This document shows positions 52,029 through 63,660 of a stretch of 64,000 nucleotides of DNA, one piece after another. Source of the stretch: Squalus acanthias (taxonomy: Eukaryota). The stretch spans positions 100,938,001 through 101,002,000 of the forward strand of contig CM059431.1 of the NCBI GenBank assembly GCA_030390025.1, in the 5' to 3' direction. The position numbers and the translations under genes are program-made. The notes beneath the pieces were generated by a model that did not search any database, had not been told where the DNA came from, and saw only the letters and a program-made list of their open reading frames with translations. The first letter of the stretch is position 1. Every line of letters starts with the position of its first letter.

Positions 52029-52094
52029 TTTCAAATAAAACTGTTGGACTATAACCTGGTGTTGTGCGACTTCTCACTTTTGTCCAACAAACAC

Positions 52095-53210
52095 GACATA
52101 GAATTACATAGAATGTACAGCACAGAAACAGGCCATTCGGCCCAACTGGTCCAAGCCACACGAAACTCCTCCCACTCCTCTTCATCTGACCCAATCAGCA
52201 TAACCTTCTCTTCCTTTCTCCCTCATGTACATATCTAGCTTCCCCTTAAATGTATTTACACTATTCGCCTCAACTACTCCTTGTGGTAAGGACTTCCACA
52301 TTTTCACCACTCTCTGGGTAAAGAAGTTTCTTCTGAATTCCCTATTGGATTTATTAGTGACTATCTTATATTGATGGCCCCTAGTTTTGTTCTTCCTCAC
52401 AAGTGGAATCATCTTCTCTACTTCCACCCTATCAGCTCCAGTTCAAAATCAGCTCCTGGTAACTATGGAATGACCTGTGCTGGAACATGTGCAGGATTGT
52501 AGTCGGCTGTGATGCGCCGAGGGTCAAAGTGCGTGTCAACACTTATTACCAAGGCTCACAGATGGGAATGAATCTGCTTCCACTGTGGAACTATATCCCA
52601 GGCCGAGTCAGAATTTTAAAAGAGGATGTAACCTCAAGACACTTTCCCTTCTTATCTTTTGCCCGGAGAGCAGAGGTCAAGCCATATCCAATGCCACAAT
52701 TTAATTCATCCAAAGACATCACTGTAGAAGAGATCAGTACAACGTCCCAGGAAGCAGACACTGGGTGAGGCCATGGCTCAGTGGGCAGCACTCTCACCTC
52801 AGAAGGTTGTGGGTTCAAGTCCCATTCCAGGGACTTGAGTACAAAATCTAGGCTAACACTCCTAGTGCAGCATTGCGGGGGTGCTGCACTGTCGGAGGTG
52901 CCGTCTTTCGAATGAGATGTTAAACTGAGGCTCCGTCTGCCCTCTCAGGTGGACGTAAAAGATCCCATGGCACTATTTTGAAGAAGAGCAGGGGAGTTCT
53001 CCCCCGGTGTCCTGGGCCAATATTTATCCCTCAATCAACACCTAAAAACAAATTATCTGGTCATTTATCTCATTGGTGTTTGTAGGAGTTTGTTGTGCGC
53101 AAATTGGCTGCTGTCTTTCCGGCATTACAACAGTGACTATACTTGGCTGTAAAACGCTTTGACACGTTCGGAGGGCGTGAAAGGTGCTATATAAATGCAA
53201 GTCTTTCTCT
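52095..53210. mobile_element. CR1 tail (-, 52095-52435) and Deu-SINE (+, 52768-53210)
   Basis: Homology to other copies. Confidence 0.8.
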
Positions 53211-53665
53211 TTTGGAGTATTTAAAATCTCTCCTATACAACAGATTTATAAGTAATAGTGATATATTACTTTTAAGGATGTGCACATGAACTGCAGTTGA
53301 GGAAAAGTTGCTCTGAAATTGCCACGAGGAGGTGTACAACAGCAACCTAGGGAAGATTTTCTCCTGAATTTTCCTCTTCACTTAACCCTCTCTAAGGCAA
53401 ACTAACAGGTGTCCCCACAGCTAGACAGGTGTGATTACAGGGTACAGGGGACAGACATACAATGAGACCTTTCCCAACCAGTGGGAATGGTAGCATAGTG
53501 GTTCTGACTCTGTTTCTCTCTCCACAGGTGCTGCCTAACCTGCTGAGTATTTCCAGCATTTTCTGTTTTTATTTCAGATTTCCAGCATCCGCAGTATTTT
53601 GCTTTTGTTTTGTGTTTGTAGTAGCATAGTGATTATGTTACTGGACTAGTGATCCAGAGGCCTGG

Positions 53666-56600
53666 GCATGACCTGTCCCATCGGCAGGACAGACCCACCA
53701 GAGGTGGTGAAACAGTGGTATACAGTCAGGAGGGAGTGGCCCTGGGAGTCCTCAACATTGACTCCGGACTCCATGAAGTCTCATGGCTTCAGGTCAAGCA
53801 TGGGCAAGGAAACCTCCTGCTGATTACCACCTACCACCATCCCTCAGCTGATGAATCAGTACTCCTCCATGTTGAACACCCCTTGGAAGAAGCACTGAGG
53901 GTAGCAAGGGCACAGGATGTACTCTGGGGGACTTCAATGTCCATCACCAAGAGTGGCTTGGTAGCGCCACTACTGACTGAGCTGGCCGTGTCCTGAAGGA
54001 CACAGATGCCAGACTGGGCCTGCGGCAGGTGGTGAGAGAACTAGGACGAGGGAAAAATCTACTTGACCTCGTCCTCACAATGACAGTATTCGTAGCAGTG
54101 ACCACCGCACAGTCCTTGTGGAGATGAAATCTCGTCTTCACACTGAGGACACCCTCCATCGTGCGATGTGGCACTACCACCGTGCTAAATGGGACAGATT
54201 CAGAACAGATCTAGCAGCTTAAAACTGGGCATCCATGAGGCGCTGTGGGCCATCAGCAGCAGCAGAATTGTGTTCCACCACAATCTGTAACCTCATGGCC
54301 TGGCATATCGCTCACTCTGTCACAAATGACATCCTTTGTGACTGTGACAAAGGTAAACTATCCGTCCTCGTCCTTCTTGACTTATCTGCAGCCTTTGACA
54401 CGGTTGACCACTCCATCCTTCTCCAACGTCTCTTCACTGTCGTCCAGCTGGGTGGGACTGCACTTGCCTGGATCCATACTTATCTATGTAATCGTAGCCA
54501 GAGAATCACCTGCAACGGCTTCTCTTCCCACTCCCACATCGTAACCTCTGGTGTCCTATTTCTCATCTACATATTGCCCCTTGGTGACATCATCCGAAAA
54601 CACAGCGTCAGTTTCCATGTATGCTGACGACACCCAGCTCTACCTCACTGCCACTTCTCTCGACCCCTCCACGGTCTCTAAATTGTCAGACTGCTTGCCC
54701 GACATCCAGTTCTGGATGAGCAGATATTTTCTCCAATTAAATATTGTTTTCGGTCCCCGCCACAAACTCCGTTCCCTAGCCACTGACTCCATCCCTCTCC
54801 CTAACATCTGTCTGAGGCTGAATCACACTGTTTGCAACCCTGATGTCATATTTGACCCTGAAACGAGCTTCCAACCACATATCCGCAGCATAACCAAGAC
54901 CGCCTATTTCCACCTCCGTAACATCGCCCGTCACCACCCTTGCCTCAGCTCATCCGCTGCTGAAACCCTCATCCATGCCTTTGTTACCTCTAGACTTGAC
55001 TATTCCAATGCACTCCTGGCCGGCCTCCCACATTCCACCCTACGTAAATTTGAGGTCATCTAAAACTCAGCTGCCCTGTGTCCTAACTCGCACCAAGTCC
55101 CGTTCACCCATCACCCCTGTGCTCACAGACCTACATTGGCTCCCGGTTAAGCAACGCCTCGATTTTAAAATTCTCATCATTGTTTTCAAATCCCTCCATG
55201 GCCTCGCCCCTCCCTATCTCTGTAATCTCCTTCAGCCCCACAACCACCCCCACCCCGAGATATCTGTGCTCCTCTAATTCTGCCCTCTTGAGCATCCCTG
55301 ATTATAATCGCTCAACCATTGGCGGCCGTGCCTTCTGTTGCCGAGGCTCTAAGCTCTGGAATTCCCTTCCTAAACCTCTCCGCCTCTCTTTCCTCCTTTA
55401 AGACGCTCCTTAAAACCTACCTCTTTGACCAAGCTTTTGGACACCTGCCCTAATTTCTCCTTATGTGGCTCGGTGTCAAATTTTTTGTCTTATAATACTC
55501 CTGTGAAGCGCTTTGGGACGTTTTACTACGTTAAAGGTGCTATATAAATACAAGTTGTTGTTGTTGTTACCATCAAGCCAGGGGCCCAACCCTGGTTCAA
55601 TGAGGAGTGTAGAAGAGCATGCCAGGAGCAGCACCAGGCGTACCTAAAAATGAGGTGCCAACCTGGGGAAGCTGCAACACAGGACTACGTGCATACTAAA
55701 TAGCGGAAGCAGCATGCTATAGATAGAGCTAAGCGATCCCACAATCAACGGATCAGATCAAAGCTCTGCAGTCCTGCCACATCCAATCGTGAATGGTGTT
55801 GGACAATTAAACAACTAACGGGAGGAGGAGGCTCCATGAATATCCCCATCCTCAATGATGACGGAGCCCAGCACGCGAGTGCAAAAGACAAGGTTGATGC
55901 ATTTGCAACCATCTTCAGTCAGAAGTGCCGAGTGGATGATCCATATCGGCCCTCTCCTGCGGTCCCCACCATCACAGAAGCCAGTCTTCAGCCAATTCGA
56001 TTCACTCCACGTGATATCAAGAAACGGCTGAGCGCACTGGATATAGCAAAGGCTATGGGCCCCGACAATATCCCAGCTGTCGTGCTGAAGACTAGTGCTC
56101 CAGAACTAGCTGCGCCTCTAGCCAAGCTGTTCCAGTACAGCTACAACACTGGCATCTACCCGGCAATGTGGAAAACTGCCAAGGTATGTCCTGTCCACAA
56201 AAAGCAGGAGAAATCTAATCCGACCAATTACCGCCCCATCAGTCTACTCTCAATCATCAGCAAAGTGATAGAAGGTGTCGTCGACAGTGCTATCAAGTGG
56301 CACTTACTCACCAATAACTTGCTCACTGATGGTCAGTTTGGGTTCCGCCAGGACCACTTGGCTCCAGACCTCATTTCAGCCTTGGTCCAAACATGGACAA
56401 AAGAGCTGAATTCCAGAGGTGAGGTGAGAGTGACTGCTCTTGACATCAAGGCAGCATTTGACCGAGTGTGACATCAAAGAGCCCTAGTAAAATTGAAGTC
56501 AATGGGAATCAGGGGGGAAACTTTCCACTGGCTGGAGTCATACCTAGCACAAAGGAAGATAGTTGTAGTTGTTGGAGGACAATCATCTCAGCCCCAGGAC

Positions 56601-57553
56601 ATCGCTGCAGGAGTTCCTCAGGGCAGTGTCCCAGGCCCAACCATTTTCAGCTGCTTCATCAATGACCTTCCCTCCATCATAAGGTCAGAAGTGGGGATTT
56701 TCGCTGATGATTGCAGTGTTCAGTTCCCTTTGCAACTCCTCAGATAATGAAGCAGTCCATGCCCGAATGCAGCAAGACCTTTCGCCACACAAGTGCCAGG
56801 CAATGACTATCTCCAAAAAGCGAGAGTCTAACCACCGCCCCTTGACATTCAATGGTATTACCATCGCCGAATCCCCCACCATCAACATCCTGGGGGTCAC
56901 TATTGACCAGAAACTTAACTGGACCAGCCACATAAATACTGTAGCTACAAGAGCAGGTCAGAGGCTGGGTATTCTGCGGTGAGTGTCTCACCTCCTGACT
57001 CCCCAAAGCCTTTCCACCATCTACAAGGCACAAGTAAGGAGTGTGATGGAATACTCTCCACTTGCCTGGATGAGTGCAGCTCCAACAACACTCAAGAAGC
57101 TCGACACCATCCAGGACAAAGCAGCCTGCTTGATTGGCACTCCATCCACCACCTTAAACATTCCCCCCCTCCACCACCGGCGCACCATGGCTGCAGTGTG
57201 TACTATCGACAAGATGCACTGCAGCAGCTCGCTAAGGCTTCTTTGGCAGCACCTCCCAAACCCACGACCTCTACCACCTCGAAGGTCAAGGGCAGCCTGG
57301 GAACACCATCACCTGCAAGTTCCCCATCAAGTTACACACCATCTTGACTTGGAAATATATCGCCGTTCCTTCATCGTTGCTGGGTCAAAATCCTGGAACT
57401 CCTTCCCTAACAGCACTGTGAGAGCACCTTCACCACAAGGACTACAGCGTTTCAAGAAGGCGGCACATCACCACCTTCTGAAGGGCAATTAGGGATGGGC
57501 AATAAATGCTGGCCTTGCCAGGAATGCTCACATCCCAGGAACGAATAAAAAAA
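53666..57553 (+). mobile_element. CR1/L2-group LINE (Crack/L2B-like, clade uncertain), degraded EN plus RT, with a nested L2
   Basis: RQDRPTRGG (EN), KAMGPDNIP, NYRPISLLSIISKV, LDIKAAFDRV, GVPQGSV, FADD; ends FKKAAHHHLLKGN* then ...CACATCCCAGGAACGAATAAAAAAA. Confidence 0.9.
54319..55568 (+). mobile_element. L2 LINE, 5'-truncated, with internal deletions, nested in another LINE
   Basis: LDLSAAFDTVDH, YADDTQLY, (GTT)n tail; the host LINE resumes at TACCATCAAGCC. Confidence 0.95.
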
Positions 57554-57843
57554 ATACGACCAAACTCATACATGAAGCAAAGACAGAAATGACGGCACAG
57601 AAGGTACTAACTATCTGGAAAATTACACGAACACCCATACAAATGGCATTTGCACAACTGAACTAAGTTGGTCCACCGTTCGAAACAAATTAATTTTCAT
57701 CTTTTTCATTCTCTGAACGTTACTTGAGTGGTCTACAATGTCAGCTGGCTAATTTACCAAGATTCACTAAGGTAAACAGTAAAATCCAGAATGAACACCC
57801 ATTTCTAGTTCATAGCGTAATACAGAACACAGCCCAATATATA

Positions 57844-60041
57844 GCGCCAGAAATTCCCGACCTTACCGTCACGAGTTAGCGCCACAACCCTGGTGAAAAA
57901 TGGCGGCCGCCACTCTAACGCCTTTCTCTGGCTCGGGACTCAGCGGCTGCCATTTTGGTGAGGGCCTTAGCGCTGCTGATAGCAGCGCAGGCCGTGGAGA
58001 TGCAAATATGCAGAGCGTGACGTCAGTCGGAGTGCAACGCAAACTTGATATCACGGTCTGCAAACTTGGACCTTAGCACTGAGTTCAGCGCTGGATCCTA
58101 AGCTTGTTCTGAAAAGTGAGCGTGCAGCTGACAGAGCACTTCTTAAAGGGTCACACACATCTTTCAGGTAAGTTTGCATTTAAGCTTTTGAATTGGATTT
58201 TTTTTTATTGAAGTAGTTGCTTGGTGCACTACAAGTTAAAAGATTTTGAAGTGTGCAGGGAGTGCTGCTGGACACATGCAAGGCCTCAGATGGTAAAGGA
58301 AGGCCACTGAGAAGACAGAAAATGCTGGAAATACTCAGGTCAGGCAGCATCTGTGGAGAGAGAAACAGAGTTTACGTCTCAGGTCGAGATGCTGCCTGAC
58401 CTGCTGAGTACTTCCAGCATTTTCTGCTTTTATATCCGCTCGCAGAGGAAAGAGGAAGACGCAGAAGAGGAAGGCGCAGAAGAGGAGGACGCAGAAGAGG
58501 AGGACGCAGAAGAGGAGGACGCAGAAGAGGAGGACGCAGAAGAGGAGGAAGCAGAAGAATGCAACCCAGACAGCCCCTTTCTGGATGGAATCATCCGCCT
58601 GCAGTACCAGTGACCACAACCCCAATTCCCCTTTCAACGTTTGTCCCACATCTTACCTTCCCTCTGTTACTGACCATCACATTGTCCTCTTGGCCACGAT
58701 GCTGAAATAAAAGCCACCACAAAGCAAACTTTCCAATCCAACTTTATACATCTATCCATCCAATATGACATCAAGAAATCTACTTATCACCCTTCTGCAT
58801 TCTCTTAGTGACTATCTTGTGTGTGCCTTTGCCTATCCTACTGCTGTCATGCAGTTTTGCCCCAGTGGCTGCAGCATGGCTGGTGGAAGGATGCTGACTT
58901 TGAGGGGGGGACACTGCAACTGGCTTTGCTTGTTGACCTTGAGGAGCTGGTGGCTGGGAGTGTCAAATCAATCTTCTTCTGTTCTTGTTCTGCTTCACTC
59001 TCCTCTCCCTCTTCTTGGTCAATCACTGGCTGGGCAGGCTGCATTTCTCGGGTATGTGAAATGAGGAAGGCACAAGGGTGGAGTTGTGGTGACAGGAGGG
59101 CGGGAAAGCAGGAGGTGCATGCAAGAAGGAGGATAACATATGAGGATACCAACATCTTGTATCCTTTCAGCCCCGCCGCTGACCAAGGGCTGAGTCATGC
59201 CCCCGCCAAGAATGGCCAGCACCGTCTCCTCCAAGGGGGTGAGGTGAAGTTAGGAATGGGAGGTGTGCCTCATGTTTGGTACAGATTGTTGGTAGGTGAG
59301 TGAATGGGATGGTGGGGGAAGTTGTGCATTGAGCAGTGTGTGAGGCTAGTGGTGTAGTTGGTAGGAGACGGTTTTTGAAGATGCATTCACTGACCTTGAC
59401 CACTGGTTTGAGGTCATGAAACTTCTTTAGGCACTGCAGCCAGGTCGTGGGGGTGACACGGTTGGCAGTGACAGCCTCGGTGATCTGGTCCCAGATTGTT
59501 CCTGGCCCCTGTGGGTAGAGGACCTCTCTTGTAGTGTTGACCCCCTGCACAAAGCTGGAGTGCTGCGTGCGAGAGCCTGGGTGCCCCTTCCCTGGCTTGC
59601 TGAGCCATTTGTGTTAGTGCTGAAGCACTTTTCCCATTTTTATTTTTAGGTGCGGAAGGCAATTCAACTTTAAGAGCTGAAGACTCCCATTTGGGAATTC
59701 TTTTTAATGCTGATTTTTTCCTTAGAAGGCAGTTGAGCCGTAAAGGCTAAAAACTGTCTATTTTTACATGATTTTTATTTTTTTCATTTCGGAAGGCAGT
59801 TCCCCTTTAAGGGACCACACTGCTTTCTTGCTGCAATGACGCTACGGCCATGCTACATTGGGCTTCCTGCCAGGACTAACGCCACCAAAACGGCCTTGCA
59901 TGGCAAGTTTAGCGCTGGGTTAATGTTAATTAGCAACCAGTGGCAATTTACTGGTCCTGCCAGTGGCATTAATTATGGCGGCCATTAACTCGGGCCCACG
60001 GTGACACCGGCAGGTTTTTAGCGATGTCGAATTTCTAGGCC
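57844..60041. mobile_element. Internally deleted PIF/Harbinger transposon with a Myb/SANT-like gene relic
   Basis: Imperfect TIRs GCGCCAGAAATTC / GAATTTCTAGGCC resembling the MITE ends; minus-strand 59608-59395 reads MAQQAREGAPRLSHAALQL/VQGVNTTREVLYP...WDQITEAV...TWLQCLKKFHDL followed by a GT donor. Confidence 0.75.
58445..58560 (+). repeat. 15-bp tandem repeat (GCAGAAGAGGAGGAC)n, about 7 units
   Basis: Directly visible. Confidence 0.9.
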
Positions 60042-61004
60042 ACAGTATTTGCTCGACAGAGATATGTAATGGACTATAAGCCTTCAAATACTTTGGATAT
60101 ATTAGTCAGAACTGATTTATGTATTGTGTTGATGACATACCACTGAAGGACGGAACTCCACATGAACTAATATATACCATTTTAAAACATCAATACTGTG
60201 AATCCTGACTGACAGTCGAGTCAGATTACACCAGAAAATTGTACGACACACTGAAGTTAAATTCAGTTAATCTAATGCTCCAAATATACCGTACCAAAGA
60301 GTGCAGGAACCAAGTATTTCTAAAAGTAATGCGAGCAGGCAGTCATGCCCATTTAGGGCAATCTTGAACTGAGCAAAACAAATCTCGCTGCTGTGTACTT
60401 AAGCACATAGATGCAACTCCATTCACCGGCCCCTAAGTGCCTACGGGACTTCTAACGCCAAAAAAAACCCAAATGGTCAAGTTAGCTCTTTGCTTTCTCT
60501 CACTCCCTTCTCTCCTGAAAAAACTAAGGATTCATCCTTGGGCATTGTTCCAGGGATGCAGTACCACTCTTGATACCTAGCCAAAGGGACTAATCTTCAT
60601 TGAATCCTCATTCAATTGCTGGTCCGTGCTGAGTGTCAGCTTGAAGATGTTGAAAGTGGTTTAAGGCTGGTGAGTTGCAAACACTAAGCCAAGTTTCTTG
60701 ATCCTGGTTGCCACCAAATGGCTTCTGTTGGAAGTGTCTATATGTTTGTGTAATGCGCTTCATTGTGATTCTATCGCACCCCACCCCACCCCACCACTGC
60801 CGCCCCCACGATTCAATAGCTGGCTGACATTTGCTGTCCAGGTTCATGAGTGAAGATTGGCCGCTAGGTAGCAGTATCAGAGGAAGGTCGGCTGGTGCTT
60901 GTGGAGTTTCCTGGATGTTTGGCTCAATTCCACAATGGCCAGTCCATTTCACCACTAAGGCAGCAGGGGAGCTTATTTTCAATTTAGGGTTTTATTAAAC
61001 GGTT

Positions 61005-61900
61005 GGCCCCGTCTGCCCTCTCGGGTGGATGTAAAAGAAAAGCAGAGGAGTTCTCCCCGGTGCCCCGGCCAACATTTATCCCTCAAACAACACCTACAAA
61101 CAGATGAGGTGGTCATTTATTCCATTGCTGTTTGTGGGAGCTTGCTGTGTGCAAATTGGCTGCCGCGTTCTCGTACATTACAACAGTGCCCACACTTCAA
61201 AAGTATTTAATTGGCTGTAAAGCGCTTTGGGATGTCCTGAGTTTGTGAAAGGCGCTATATAAATAAAAACCTTTCTTTTTTAATTGCAATATAACACTTC
61301 AAGACATCACATAACTGCACTTCAAATGTAATTCTTTGGTTGCAAAGCACCTCAGGACATACTGAGGATATGGTACGGCATTACATAAATACAAGTTCTT
61401 CCTTCTCTGTCTGATGCTCGTTTAGTTGTGGATTGTGGGACAGCAGCCTCTTACTAAACAACAACTTGCATTTATATAGCGCCTTTAACGTAGTAAAACG
61501 TCTCAAGGCGCTTCACAGGAGCGTTATAAAACAAAATTTGACACTGAGTCACACAAGGAGATATTAGGACAGGTGACCAACCTTTTTAAGGAGCATTTTA
61601 AAGGAGGAGAGAGGTAGAGAGGCGGAGAGGTTTAGGGAGGGAATTCCAGAGTTTAGGGCCGAGGCAGCTGAAGGCACGGCCGCCAAAGGTTGAGCGATTA
61701 AAATCAGGGATGCTCAAGAGGTCAGAATCAGAGAAGCGCAGATATCTCGGGGGGGGGGGGGTAGTGGACTGGAGGAGATTACAGAGATAGGGAGGGGCGA
61801 TGCCATGGAGGGATTTGAAAACAAGGATGAAAATTTTAAAACTGAGGCGTTGCTTAACCGGGAGCCAATGTAGGTCACTGAGCACAGGAGTGATGGGTGA
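61005..61900. mobile_element. Deu-SINE 3' part (+, 61005-61280) and L2 3' fragment (-, 61457-61900)
   Basis: Homology to other copies. Confidence 0.85.
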
Positions 61901-62189
61901 AACCAGCTCCCTTATCCCAACAGAAGGATAACAGATCATGAAATTATTTTCTTCCCTTTGTAGGTTTGTGCTATAAACGTGGGGAGATGAGAAATCATTC
62001 TCCTACTTCCTGACCCACCTCACTTTGATTCCAGTATCAAAATCTCTCAACTCTTTGTGTGAAAAAATGAAGAAAAACAAAATATGTACATAATTAAATT
62101 AAAGAATGATGATGGAATTTGTTGGGACACACCATGACTAAAAGACACAGTATCGTTCTGACGATGTTGCCTATGTTTTGCAACCTAAC

Positions 62190-62458
62190 GCGAGGCGGCG
62201 GCGGTAAAAGGCGGCAGCGACCAGGTAGGCCCACAGAGGCGGCGGACCTGGGTGGAGCAACAGCGGCGAGGCGGCGGCGGTAAAAGGCGGCAGCGACCAG
62301 GTAGACCCACAGAGGCGGCGGACCTGGGTGGAGCAACAGCGGCGAGGCGGCGGCGGTAAAAGGCGGCAGCGACCAGGTAGGCCCACAGAGGCGGCGGACC
62401 TGGGTGGAGCAACAGCGGCGAGGCGGCGGCGGTAAAAGGCGGCAGCGACCAGGTAGGC
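62190..62458 (+). repeat. 76-bp GC-rich tandem repeat (3.5 near-identical units) upstream of CR1 ORF1
   Basis: Units start at 62191, 62267, 62343 and 62419; only one substitution seen among units. Confidence 0.9.
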
Positions 62459-62665
62459 TTTCACCAAGCCGAGAGCAGGAGAGGTAAAAAATAATCGAAG
62501 TGTGACGTCACCAGAAAGCAGGTAAGTGATTGGTTGGTGAGTATTTCTCTTTTTTTTTATACAAAACTTCAATTTTATTGTTTCTCGGGTATCTGTGGTG
62601 TAGCAGAGACTGCTGGCATAAATTAACTGAAGGGTAAATAATACATTTTTAATTAATTACATAGA

Positions 62666-63622
62666 ATGGGAGAGCAGGTGATGTGTTACTGCTGCAATAT
62701 GTGGGAGCTGGTGGACACCATTGATGTTCACGGTGAACACATTTGCAGTAAGTGTTGGCTGCTCGAGGAACTCCGGCTCCGTGTTGATGAGCTGGAGTCC
62801 GAGCTTCAAACACTGCGACACATCAGGGAGGGGGAGAGTTACCTGGACTCCGTGTTTCAGGAGGTAGTCACACCAATTAGAGTAACTAATTCAGAAGTAG
62901 CCCGTGGTCAGGGACAGGAAGGTGTGACTACGAGTGAGGCAGGTACAGGGATCCAGGAGGTAGTGTTGGAGGAGCCGCAGCCCTTGCTCTTGTCCAACAG
63001 GTTCGAGGCTCTTACTCCCTGTGTGGATAGGAGCGGGGACTGCAGGGAGGATGAGCAACCTGGCCACAGCACCGTGGTAAGGGGGGCCATTCAAGTGGGG
63101 GGAGTAAAAAGAAATGTTGTAGTGGTAGGGGATAGTATCATTAGGGGGATAGATAGGGTTCTTTGCAGCCAAGAGCGAGAGTCCCGAAGGCTGTGTTGCC
63201 TGCCCGGTGCCAGGGTTAAGGACATCTCCTCTGGGCTGGAGAGAAACTTGGAGTGGGAGGGGGAGGATCCAGTTGTCGTGGTCCATGTTGGTACCAATGA
63301 CATAGATAGGACAAGGAAAGAGGTTCTGCTGAGGGAGTTTGAGCAGCTAGGGGTCAAATTAAAAAGCAGAACCTCGAGGGTAATAATCTCTGGATTACTA
63401 CCTGAGCCACGAGCAAATTTGGCTAGGGTAAATAAAATCAGGGAGTTGAATGCGTGGCTCAAAGACTGGTGTGGGAAAAATGGGTTTTGCTTCTTGGGAC
63501 ACTGGCACCAGTACTGGGGCAGGAGAGAGCTGTTCCGTTGGGACGGACTTCACTTGGCCAGTGCTGGGACTAGTGTCCTGGCGAATCGAATAACTAGGGC
63601 TGTGGAGAGGGCTTTAAACTAA
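62666..63622 (+). CDS. CR1 LINE ORF1p: N-terminal CxxC...CxxC zinc finger, coiled coil, SGNH/GDSL esterase domain
   Basis: Intact 318-aa ORF: CYCCNMW...CSKC, VVVGDSIIRG, CLPGARVKD, VHVGTND, DGLHL. Confidence 0.9.
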   Translation: MGEQVMCYCCNMWELVDTIDVHGEHICSKCWLLEELRLRVDELESELQTLRHIREGESYLDSVFQEVVTPIRVTNSEVARGQGQEGVTTSEAGTGIQEVVLEEPQPLLLSNRFEALTPCVDRSGDCREDEQPGHSTVVRGAIQVGGVKRNVVVVGDSIIRGIDRVLCSQERESRRLCCLPGARVKDISSGLERNLEWEGEDPVVVVHVGTNDIDRTRKEVLLREFEQLGVKLKSRTSRVIISGLLPEPRANLARVNKIRELNAWLKDWCGKNGFCFLGHWHQYWGRRELFRWDGLHLASAGTSVLANRITRAVERALN

Positions 63623-63660
63623 TTAGTGGGGGGGAGGTTTCAAGAGAGCAAAAAATAAAA

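Larger units (their letters stand above)
49838..52081. mobile_element. Penelope-like retroelement (family B): 5'-truncated minus-strand copy fused head-to-head with an inverted partial copy
   Basis: Minus strand from ~51297 reads FEQDFF...YTRYIDDIFFLWTHG (RT) then YLIRCRKECTAAWYIGET (GIY-YIG), stop at 50157; 49838-50614 is a near-perfect reverse complement of 51302-52081. Confidence 0.95.

Noticed and set aside
58353..58613. Poly-Glu ORF as a host gene
   Set aside because: Made of a Penelope end plus a 15-bp tandem repeat inside a Harbinger derivative
62190..62458. Regular repeats suggesting a CRISPR-like array
   Set aside because: Head-to-tail identical units with no unique spacers, directly upstream of a LINE ORF1 in eukaryotic DNA
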